NCBI GenBank assembly: GCA_020441165.1
Contig: JAGRMU010000264.1
Coordinates: forward strand, 3,257-36,908
Direction: 5' to 3'
Length of the DNA stretch: 33,652 nt
Origin: Sedimentitalea sp.
Lineage (GTDB): Bacteria; Pseudomonadota; Alphaproteobacteria; Rhodobacterales; Rhodobacteraceae
Below the pieces are notes generated by a model. That model was given only the letters and a program-made list of their open reading frames with translations, was not told where the DNA came from and searched no databases. A program made the translations under genes and the position numbers. Positions 26,623-33,652 of the stretch are shown piece after piece. Each line of letters starts with the position of its first letter. Within the stretch, counting starts at the first letter, position 1.

Positions 26623-27898
26623 GATCCTCTTTCCCGCCCTCTTCGTGCTGATGGCGCTGGGTCTGCCGGTGGCCTTCGCCATGGCGATCGCGGCATTTCT
26701 GGCACTGGCCCTGGCCAGCGATTATCCCGATATCGTCGTCGTCAAGGAGATGTTCGCCGGGCTCGACAGCTTTCCGCTGCTGGCGGTGCCGTTCTTCATC
26801 CTCGCGGCCGAGCTGATGACCGGCGGCGCCATCACCCATCATCTGCTGCGCTTCGCGGCGCAGTTCGTCGGCCATCTGCGCGGCGGGCTGGGCCATGCCA
26901 ACGTGATCTCCTCGACGCTGTTCGCGGGGATTTCCGGCTCGGCGCTGGCCGATGCCGCGGGTCCCGGCGCGATGATGATCCGGATGATGGAGAAGGGCGG
27001 CTATGGGCGCGCCTATGCCGGGGCTCTGACCATTTCCAGCGCCGTCGTCGGTCCGATCATTCCACCCTCGATCACCATGATCATCTATGCCATGCAGGAC
27101 CAGCAGGTCTCGGTCGGCTCGCTGTTCATGGCCGGCATCGTGCCGGGGCTGCTGATCACCCTGGCGATGCTGGCCACCAACGCAGTCATCGCGCGGCGGC
27201 GCGGCTATCGCGGCGCGGGGGCGCGGCCCGGGCCGGCCGAGATGCTGCGCACCACCGCCATGGCGCTGCCGGCGCTGATGCTGATCGTGCTGGTGGTGGG
27301 AGGGATCAGGTTCGGCATCTTCACGCCCACCGAGGCCTCGGTGATCGCGGTCTTCTATGCCCTGATCTGCGGCATGTTCCTCTATCGCTCGCTGCGGCTG
27401 CGCGATCTGCCCGACATCTTCCTGCGGGCGGCACTGATCAGTTCGGCGGTTCTGCTGATCCTGGGCGCGGCGCGGGCCTTTGCCTGGGTGCTGATCATCG
27501 AGGGCATCCCGCAGGATCTGGCCGCGATGATCATCGGCTGGAACCTCAGCCCGGTGCTGTTCCTGCTGGCGGTCAATCTGCTGCTGCTGGTCTTCGGCCT
27601 GTTCATGGACCCGTTGCCGGGGGTGATGATCCTGGTTCCGATCCTGGCCCCGATCAGCCATTCTCTGGGGATCGATCCCAACCATTTCGCGATCGTGGTC
27701 ATCGTCAACCTGACGCTGGGCCTGACCACGCCGCCGGTGGGGGCGCTGATCTTCGTGGTCTCGGGGGCGGCGAATCTTCCGCCCGCAGCGCTGATCCGCG
27801 AATTGCCGCCGTTCTTTCTGGCCAGCATCGCGGTGCTTCTGCTGCTGACCTTCCTGCCGATCCTTTCGACCTGGCTACCGGCAATCAGCGGCTTCTGA
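26615..27898 (+). CDS. TRAP transporter large permease (DctM-type)
   Basis: GTG 26615 overlaps the end of dctQ. 427 aa, polytopic (MAEILFPALFVLMALGLPVAFAMAIAAFLAL...). Confidence 0.9.
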   Translation: MAEILFPALFVLMALGLPVAFAMAIAAFLALALASDYPDIVVVKEMFAGLDSFPLLAVPFFILAAELMTGGAITHHLLRFAAQFVGHLRGGLGHANVISSTLFAGISGSALADAAGPGAMMIRMMEKGGYGRAYAGALTISSAVVGPIIPPSITMIIYAMQDQQVSVGSLFMAGIVPGLLITLAMLATNAVIARRRGYRGAGARPGPAEMLRTTAMALPALMLIVLVVGGIRFGIFTPTEASVIAVFYALICGMFLYRSLRLRDLPDIFLRAALISSAVLLILGAARAFAWVLIIEGIPQDLAAMIIGWNLSPVLFLLAVNLLLLVFGLFMDPLPGVMILVPILAPISHSLGIDPNHFAIVVIVNLTLGLTTPPVGALIFVVSGAANLPPAALIRELPPFFLASIAVLLLLTFLPILSTWLPAISGF

Positions 27899-28107
27899 TG
27901 ACGCTCTCAGGTGCAGGACGTGGCCATTGCAGTCAGCGTTACATCGTGCCGCGCGGTCTCACCCACATCGATGCATCGCCCCTGCGCGCCAAGCCCTCGA
28001 AAAGCGCACCTGTGCTGCCAGCCAAGCCTGGGTTGACTCTCCGCGGGGAACGCGCCGGCATGTCGACCGTCCCGAATTCATGAAACGGTTCATCCCCGCG
28101 TGGGCGG

Positions 28108-28500
28108 GGCGTTGTTGCATTACCCCGGCCTGAGGCGTGACTGCCCCTTACCCGGCTGACGTCAGGCCACGCGGACGATCACGGCGGTGCCGAGGGCGTT
28201 GAAGCGGTTCATGAGGGCGATGCGGATGTGGATTTCGGCGGTCTGGCGGTCGGGGTCTCTCGCCATGATGCGCTCGCCGAAGGATTTCAGGCAGCGCATC
28301 TTGGCCTCGATCCGGCTGCGGGCGTGGTATCCGGTCCATCGCTTCCAGAACGCCCCGCCGTAATGTCGGGTGGCGCACAGCGTCTCGTTTCGAGACCTCG
28401 CTGCCGGGCAGTTCTCCTTCCACAACCGCCCGTTTTTGCGGATTGGAATGATCGGGGTGGCTTGCCGGTCAATGATGGCGGTGTGGCACGGTCTGTTCAC
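28108..28500 (-). mobile_element. IS5-family (IS903-group-like) insertion sequence remnant: one terminal inverted repeat plus the 3' third of the transposase gene
   Basis: ORF 28162-28500 encodes ...CHTAIIDRQATPIIPIRKNG...FWKRWTGYHARSRIEAKMRCLKSFGERIMARDPDRQTAEIHIRIALMNRFNALGTAVIVRVA. This matches my memory of the C-terminal DDE(E)-region of IS5/IS903 transposases, which also end in VRIA. GGCGTTGTTGCAT at 28108-28120 resembles the IS903 terminal repeat GGCTTTGTTGAAT (11 of 13 positions, from memory). It sits 54 nt outside the stop codon. No N-terminal transposase part and no second end were found. Confidence 0.6.
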
Positions 28501-28574
28501 CCTCGAGATCGGTCTGCACCGTCTCGCCCTCCAGATTCGCCGTCTGCCCGGCGCTGGACGAGCCCAGCGGCAAG

Positions 28575-29063
28575 GTGCTCTATCAGCTTTGCCGTCTGTG
28601 GACGCTGGTGCTGCTCTCGAACCTCGTCGGCGCCTCGATCTTCGGGTTCTGGCTACATGTCACCTCCGGTCTGCAGCCCGAGATCTGGCTGGCGATCCGC
28701 GATCTTTCGCTGCACGCGACCTCCTATCCCTGGGGCGAAACCCTGCTGCGCGGGATCGGCGCGGGATGGCTGATCGCGGCGCTGGTCTGGGTGATGCCGA
28801 ATGCCGCGGAATCGCGCCCCGCGCTGATCGTCGTGATCACCTACCTGATCGCGCTGGCCGATTTCTCGCATGTCGTCGCCGGCACCACCGAGGCCGCGGC
28901 GATCGTGTTTTCGGGCGATCTCGGTCTCGGCCGGGCGGCGTTCGGTTTCGTGCTGCCGGCGTTTCTGGGCAACATCCTGGGCGGGACTGTGTTCTTCACC
29001 GTGCTGACCTGGATCCAGATCCGCACCGAGCTCGAACAGGATGCCCATGCCAAGCGTGGGTGA
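28575..29063 (+). pseudogene. formate/nitrite transporter (FNT) family gene, 3' fragment
   Basis: 162 codons, about four TM spans. Contains LWTLVLLSNLVGASIFGFWL, IAALVWVMPNA, LIALADFSHVVAGTTE and FLGNILGGTVFFTVLTW. Full-length FNT proteins are roughly 100 aa longer at the N-terminus. The upstream sequence is the IS remnant. Confidence 0.55.
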
Positions 29064-29392
29064 GGCTGGCCGATCCTGCAAGCGGGGCTTCCTTCCGTCG
29101 CCAGTCACTCCGCAAGATCGACGATGTCGGCGCTCGAGCTGCGCGCCCTGCATCAGCTGCCGCGGGGCGTGTTCCGGATTGGACCGTCACGTCACCTCCG
29201 CAGTTCGCCGACAAACCCGTCAAGTGTTGCGTGTACGTGCCAAGAGGACCGGCGGTCATTGTCGTCTGGAGCGCCTTCAGGTTGGCGCGGGCGTTTGGGC
29301 GGCCGTCCGGAAAGACCGATTGGTCGCTGAGGCGGAACCATCGACTGCCCCGCCCGAGGCGCCCGAGGCGGAAGCGGCGCGTCTTTGGCAGC

Positions 29393-29752
29393 TCACTCCA
29401 GCCCGTGCCAGATTTCCTCGACCTCGGCGAGCGGCAGACCGCCGTATTCGGCCAGCGCCAGGCGCGCCAGCCGGGCCGAGACGCCGAAGCGCAGCCCGCC
29501 GGTCGCGAGCTTGAGATAGGCGTAGCGCTCGGAGGCCGGCATCGCGTCGAGCCGCATCGCGATCCGCGCGGGCAGCTCGGCTTTGCCGGTGTCGCGCAGC
29601 TCCTGCACCAGGACCGGCAGCGAGACCTCCGAGGGCGCTCCGGCCGGCGGCCAGATCAGGGCGATGGTTTCGGCCAGACCGCCGACGAAATCATAGCTGA
29701 GCGCGAACAGCTGCGCATCGACACGCTCGCAGACCAGGGTTCTGGCCACCAT
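29393..29752 (-). pseudogene. ATP-dependent DNA ligase (ligase-associated DNA-damage-response type), internal N-terminal-domain fragment
   Basis: Sequence is ...ERVDAQLFALSYDFVGGLAETIALIWPP...ERYAYLKLATGGLRFGVSARLARLALAEYGG...VEEIWHGLE followed by a stop. It matches the conserved non-catalytic N-terminal region of this ligase family as I remember it. It lacks roughly the first 60 aa and the whole adenylation/OB part. In-frame degenerate sequence continues to 29192. Confidence 0.55.
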
Positions 29753-29780
29753 TGCAAGGGTTCTGTCGCAAATATCTGTG

Positions 29781-29806
29781 TTGCAGCGTTCAGCGTTTGC
29801 AGCGTT
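29781..29806. repeat. short direct repeats in the promoter region of the ATP-grasp gene
   Basis: TTGCAGCGTT occurs at 29781-29790 and 29797-29806. The heptamer CAGCGTT occurs three times (29784, 29791, 29800). Confidence 0.5.
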
Positions 29807-30011
29807 GCTTTTGCACCGGATGCGCGCCACGATGGGTTTTCGCAGAGGACTCGGCGAGGGCGAAAGACGCCGACACATGCGTGACAGGAAATTCAGCCGC
29901 AGACGGCGCCGGCGGCACCTTAGACTGGGCTTCAACCGCTGTCGCTTGAGGACGAAACGTGCCTGGCGCACATGGCAGGCGACGCTGGAACAGAAACGGG
30001 GGAGACGAAGA

Positions 30012-31463
30012 ATGGCAAAGCAAGAAAAGCTGAAGGGTCTGACGGATATTTTCCTGTTCCTGCGTCGGAACAAGACACCGATCTACATCATCACCCCGAC
30101 GCCCTTCAGCCTGCTGGGGCTGGACCAGTGGGTCGGCAACCTGATCTACGTCAACTATTTCGACATCTTCGACGGCGCACACCGGCGCGTGTTCTGCCCG
30201 CCTCCGGGCGGGGCGCCGGAATTCCAGTCGATGGAGGACGTGGCGAATTACCTGGTCTCGCACAAGCAGTTCCGCGCGCTGGCCAGATCGCGCCGGCCCG
30301 GCAAGGCGATCTTCGTCATGCTGGACGAGGAAACCGAACGGCTGTGCGGCAAGATCGACCTCGACATCGCCCTGCCTCCGGCGGCGCTGCGCAATCGGCT
30401 GGACAGCAAGATCGAAACGACGCGGCTCGGCAACGAGGCGGGGGTTCCGAGCGCGCCCAACGTGCTGGGCGAGGCCAGCAGTTATGCCGAGTTGACCGCG
30501 CTTGCCGAGGGCGCCGGGCTGGGCTCGGATCTGGTGGTGCAGACGCCCTATGGCGACAGCGGCCGGACGACCTTCTTCATCAAGTCCGAGGCGGACTGGG
30601 ACCGCTACAAGGCCAAGATCGTCGATCAGCAGCTGAAGGTGATGAAGCGACTCAATCACTTGCCCGGCACCGTCGAGGGCGTGGCGACCCGGGTGGGCAC
30701 GCTGGTCGGCCCGGTGATGACCGACATCACCGGCTTCGAGGAAATCACCCCCTACAAGGGCGGCTGGTGCGGCAACGACATTTCGCCCACCATCCTTCCC
30801 GAGGGAGTGCCCGAAAAGGTGCGCGAGATGACGCGCAAGTTCGGCGACCGGCTTTACCAGGAGGGGTACAAGGGCGTCTTCTGCGTCGATTTCCTGCTCG
30901 ATACCGATACCAACGAGGTCTATCTGGGCGAGCTCAATCCGCGCGTGTCCGGCGCCACCCCGCCGTCCTTCCTGATCACCTCGACCTATGGCGGCTGCCC
31001 GTCCTTCCTGTTCCATCTGCTGGAATTCATGGATGTCGACTACGAGGTCGACCCCGAAGAGATCCAGGCGCGCTGGAAGGATTACGACCACTGGACGCAA
31101 CTGATCTTCAAGGATACCCGCGACGAGGTCGGGCTGATCACCCGCGCACCGCAATCGGGCATCTGGCGCCTGAATGAGGATGACGAGGTGGAATTCGTGC
31201 GCCCGGCGCTGAACATCACCTCGATCGGGGGCGAGGACGAAGCCTTCTATCTGCGGGTCTACGGGGTGGGGGAATACACCTATCACGGCGCCGATCTGGG
31301 CTGCCTGCTGGCCCGCGGCCGGATGCAGAGCGATCAGCGCGAATTGCTCAAGCGCGCGCGCGACTGGAACGCCGGCATCAAGGCGCAGTTCCACACCGTG
31401 CCCATCGAGCCGAACGAGCATCCCGAGATTCCCGACGACATCTCCGAAGGCAAGTGGTTCTGA
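30012..31463 (+). CDS. ATP-grasp superfamily ligase, unassigned subfamily
   Basis: GGGGGAGA, then 6 nt, then ATG 30012. 483 aa. ATP-grasp core motifs are VVQTPYGDSGRTTFFI (flexible loop), CVDFLLD and VYLGELNPRVSG (E-x-N Mg/ATP site). The N-terminal and C-terminal flanks of about 130 aa each are unassigned. The track start at 29778 has no RBS and is Arg-rich. Confidence 0.8.
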   Translation: MAKQEKLKGLTDIFLFLRRNKTPIYIITPTPFSLLGLDQWVGNLIYVNYFDIFDGAHRRVFCPPPGGAPEFQSMEDVANYLVSHKQFRALARSRRPGKAIFVMLDEETERLCGKIDLDIALPPAALRNRLDSKIETTRLGNEAGVPSAPNVLGEASSYAELTALAEGAGLGSDLVVQTPYGDSGRTTFFIKSEADWDRYKAKIVDQQLKVMKRLNHLPGTVEGVATRVGTLVGPVMTDITGFEEITPYKGGWCGNDISPTILPEGVPEKVREMTRKFGDRLYQEGYKGVFCVDFLLDTDTNEVYLGELNPRVSGATPPSFLITSTYGGCPSFLFHLLEFMDVDYEVDPEEIQARWKDYDHWTQLIFKDTRDEVGLITRAPQSGIWRLNEDDEVEFVRPALNITSIGGEDEAFYLRVYGVGEYTYHGADLGCLLARGRMQSDQRELLKRARDWNAGIKAQFHTVPIEPNEHPEIPDDISEGKWF

Positions 31464-31477
31464 TAAGCGGGCGCGCC

Positions 31478-31831
31478 CTACTTCAGGTTCGGCCCGCCCA
31501 TCGGGCCTTCATTCGGGTCCTCGACCGGATCGAGATCGTTGCGGACCCAGAAGAAGCGGAACGACATCGAGCGCAGCCAGACCTCGAGCCGGTCGAGGCT
31601 GGACCATTCGCGCCGCAGCCCCCGCGCGCTGAGCACCTGCGCCCATTCGCCGCCGGTCTTGAAATAGACGGTCCATGTGTTGGGATTGCGTGAGAGATCG
31701 GCAAAGCCGCCGCCCACCACCTCGCGCGGCGAGCGCACGGCGACAGGGTAATCCTGGATCAACCGGTCGGCGGCCAATTGCTGGATCTCGGTTTGCCGGA
31801 TGGTGCGGCTGGGCAGGTGTCTCTCGGTCAT
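31478..31831 (-). CDS. hypothetical protein, 117 aa (no family recognised)
   Basis: ATG 31831; GTG 31858 is an alternative start. Sequence is MTERHLPSRTIRQTEIQQLAADRLIQDYPVAVRSPREVVGGGFADLSRNPNTWTVYFKTGGEWAQVLSARGLRREWSSLDRLEVWLRSMSFRFFWVRNDLDPVE... The composition looks like that of a coding region and it is not antisense to any other gene. It converges on the ATP-grasp gene with a 14-bp gap. Confidence 0.55.
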   Translation of the reverse strand: MTERHLPSRTIRQTEIQQLAADRLIQDYPVAVRSPREVVGGGFADLSRNPNTWTVYFKTGGEWAQVLSARGLRREWSSLDRLEVWLRSMSFRFFWVRNDLDPVEDPNEGPMGGPNLK

Positions 31832-31893
31832 GGTCGTTTCTCGGTCACCGAAGATCACTTGACAAGGACGGGTTTCGGCCCCAACTCTTCAGA

Positions 31894-31910
31894 CACTATG
31901 CTTCATAGTG
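31894..31910. promoter_or_regulatory. perfect palindrome (candidate operator) in the divergent intergenic region
   Basis: CACTATG ctt CATAGTG has 7-bp arms. On the minus strand it overlaps a TTGCGT(31930-31925)-17 nt-TATGAA(31907-31902) sigma-70-like promoter pointing at the 117-aa gene. Confidence 0.35.
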
Positions 31911-31929
31911 TTGATTGCGGCTGCACGCA

Positions 31930-33108
31930 ATGGACCGTGAACCCGCCATCCGGGGATTTGTGTTGACGCCCATCGAGCTCAGTTTTCGAAGCCTGACCGA
32001 AACCGCGATCGGAGACGTGTGGAAACAGGTCTTCGATCATGGCTGGCCCGGCTGGAAGGCGTGGTATCTGCGCCGGTTGGGCGACAATCCCGCGCCGGTC
32101 GCGAAATGCCACCGGATGCTGCGCGACTTCATGCCGGGGATGGAGCACAGCTGGAACGCCTGGGTGTCCTCCGTTGGCGGGGATGAGGATATCGCCCGGT
32201 TCCTGTCCTTCTGGACGCCGCCGCGCTATCTGGTGAATTGCAGCCAGGCGGCCGGTGTCGATGCGCAGGGGCCGTGGCTCATCCGCAACTACGATCTCGA
32301 TCCGCTGCTGAACGAGGCCACGCTGCTGCGCACATCCTGGCGCGGCTATGACGTGATCGGCATGGTCGAGGGCATGGCCGGTCTTTCCGACGGCATGAAC
32401 GACTCGGGGCTGGCGCTGTCGCTGACATTCGGCGGCCGGATCGAGCGTGGCCAGGGCTTCGGCATCCCGCTGATCATGCGCTATGTACTGGAAACCTGCC
32501 GCGATACCCAGGACGCGCTGGCCGCGCTGCGCGAAATTCCCTGCCATATGTCCTACAACGTGACCGCGATCGATCGCGCCGGGCAGGTGGAAAACCTGAT
32601 GCTCGCCCCCGACCGGCCGCCAATCCGGCGCACCGACCGCTGGGCCACCAATCACCAGCTGGGGGTGGAATGGCCGCGCCATGGCCGCCTGACCGGCACC
32701 GTCGAGCGTGGCCAGCATCTGGCGAACCTGCTGGAGGGCGGCGATCTGGATGGCGATGCGATGGCGCAAGCCTTTCTGAAGGCGCCGCTCTTCACCACCG
32801 GCTATGACAAGGGGTTCGGCACCGTCTATACGGCGCTCTATCGCCCCGCCGAGGGCAGCGTCGCGCTGATCTGGTCGGACGGAGAGCGACATGTCTGGCG
32901 GTTCGACGATTTCGTACCTCGCGACATCAACGTGACCTTCCGGGCCGACGGATCGGTCGGCCGCGCCGGAGCGCCGGCGCATCTTCTCGACGACGAGACC
33001 CGCCGCCTGCAGGCCTTTGCCGCGCGCAACACGCAGTCCGCGTTCGACGGCTGGACGAATATAAACCCCCTGCCGGACAGCAGGACCGAGACAGGAGACC
33101 TTTCATGA
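31930..33108 (+). CDS. peptidase C45 / acyl-CoA:6-aminopenicillanic-acid acyltransferase-like Ntn hydrolase
   Basis: 392 aa from ATG 31930. The candidate nucleophile is Cys in PRYLVNCSQAAG, about 100 aa from the N-terminus. It is followed by LIRNYDL, GMVEGMAGLSDGMNDSGLALSLTFGG, GFGIPLIMRYVLE and SYNVTAIDRAGQVENLMLAP. This is the family layout from memory. Confidence 0.7.
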   Translation: MDREPAIRGFVLTPIELSFRSLTETAIGDVWKQVFDHGWPGWKAWYLRRLGDNPAPVAKCHRMLRDFMPGMEHSWNAWVSSVGGDEDIARFLSFWTPPRYLVNCSQAAGVDAQGPWLIRNYDLDPLLNEATLLRTSWRGYDVIGMVEGMAGLSDGMNDSGLALSLTFGGRIERGQGFGIPLIMRYVLETCRDTQDALAALREIPCHMSYNVTAIDRAGQVENLMLAPDRPPIRRTDRWATNHQLGVEWPRHGRLTGTVERGQHLANLLEGGDLDGDAMAQAFLKAPLFTTGYDKGFGTVYTALYRPAEGSVALIWSDGERHVWRFDDFVPRDINVTFRADGSVGRAGAPAHLLDDETRRLQAFAARNTQSAFDGWTNINPLPDSRTETGDLS

Positions 33109-33652
33109 CACATTTTGCCATTGCCGGCATCCAGATGCAGATCGGCATGCGCAACAACCTTGCCGAGATGGAGCATCGGCTGGACCTGCTGATGTATCTC
33201 TACCCCTGGGTCGAGATGGTGATGTTCAGCGAGCTGGCGGCAGAGGGCCCCAACCTTGCGTCCGCGCAGCCGATGGGCGGCTCGAACGAGCAGGCCTTCG
33301 CCAGGCTGGCGCAAAAGCACAAGCTCTGGCTGGTTCCGGGCTCCTATTTCGAGAAGCGGGACGGCGCGATCTACAACACGGCGCCAGTGCTGAACCCCGA
33401 GGGCGAGATCATCGCGCGCTATCGCAAGATGTTCCCCTTTACCCCCTACGAGACCGGCGTCACCCCCGGCGACGAATTCTGCGTCTTCGACGTCCCGAAT
33501 ATCGGCCGGTTCGGCCTGTCGATCTGCTATGACCTCTGGTTCCCCGAGGTCACCCGCACGCTGACCTCGATGGGGGCCGAGGTGATCCTGAACCCGGTCC
33601 TGGCGCATTTCGTGGACCGCCCGGCCGATCTGGCGATCGCACGTGCCTCGGG
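33105..33652 (+). CDS. carbon-nitrogen hydrolase (nitrilase superfamily), N-terminal part; continues past the right edge
   Basis: Absent from the track because it is open at the edge. ACAGGAGA RBS. ATG 33105 overlaps the C45 stop (ATGA). Sequence is MTHFAIAGIQMQIG...VMFSELAAEG...LWLVPGSYFEKRDGAIYNTAPVLNPEGEIIARYRKMFPF...GRFGLSICYDLWFPE. The Glu/Lys/Cys catalytic triad positions are present. Confidence 0.85.
   Translation, partial: MTHFAIAGIQMQIGMRNNLAEMEHRLDLLMYLYPWVEMVMFSELAAEGPNLASAQPMGGSNEQAFARLAQKHKLWLVPGSYFEKRDGAIYNTAPVLNPEGEIIARYRKMFPFTPYETGVTPGDEFCVFDVPNIGRFGLSICYDLWFPEVTRTLTSMGAEVILNPVLAHFVDRPADLAIARAS

Noticed and set aside
28370-29884. 504-aa plus-strand ORF spanning the IS, FNT and ligase remnants
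   Set aside because: It is out of frame with every homology-bearing segment in the region and very Arg/Pro/Gly-rich. It is a chance open frame across a GC-rich scar.
29964-29977. Sigma-54-like TGGCGC...TGGCA element upstream of the ATP-grasp gene
   Set aside because: The GG and GC dinucleotides are separated by 8 nt instead of the required 10, and the -12 region lacks TTGC. It is not a credible -24/-12 promoter.
29790-31421. 543-aa minus-strand ORF
   Set aside because: It is antisense to the ATP-grasp gene, which has clear catalytic motifs. The antisense product is Arg/Ala/Gly/Asp-rich with no recognisable features.
31859-31864. Consensus TTGACA as the -35 box for the C45 gene
   Set aside because: No acceptable -10 hexamer lies 16-18 bp downstream (CCAACTCT). 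It is left unassigned.
1-33652. Search for CRISPR arrays, tRNA/rRNA genes, long tandem repeats, or a REP-like family shared by the hairpins
   Set aside because: I saw no regularly spaced repeats, cloverleaf-compatible segments or rRNA-like stretches by eye. The four strong hairpins (5324, 15006, 18157, 22566) have unrelated stem sequences, so they do not form a repeat family. A computational scan would still be needed to exclude small RNAs.

Overview
High-GC bacterial DNA. Gene content and codon style look alphaproteobacterial, possibly Rhodobacterales-like, but that assignment is inference. About 28 kb is solute uptake with attached catabolism. It holds five TRAP transporter loci (one cut by the left edge), one Liv/HAAT-type ABC importer and one MFS transporter. 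It also holds an IclR-linked E1 alpha/beta 2-oxoacid dehydrogenase pair, an amidase-signature enzyme coupled to a TRAP operon, and a SorAB-like sulfite dehydrogenase. Three TRAP loci are paralogues arranged in three different gene orders. From about 28.1 kb rightward the character changes. An IS5-family (IS903-like) remnant, a 3' fragment of a formate/nitrite-transporter-family gene and an internal fragment of an ATP-dependent DNA ligase form a gene-decay scar. Right after the scar is the most unusual content: an unassigned ATP-grasp ligase, an orphan 117-aa protein, and a translationally coupled peptidase-C45 (Ntn) / nitrilase-superfamily hydrolase pair that runs off the right edge. Other points are a c-type cytochrome gene broken by two frameshifts that now reads in-frame into a TRAP binding-protein gene, an unlisted 52-codon membrane-peptide ORF after the amidase, and perfect stem-loops directly after binding-protein genes. 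I saw no rRNA, tRNA, CRISPR array or long tandem repeat. Many long ORFs in the track are antisense or out-of-frame artefacts of high GC.
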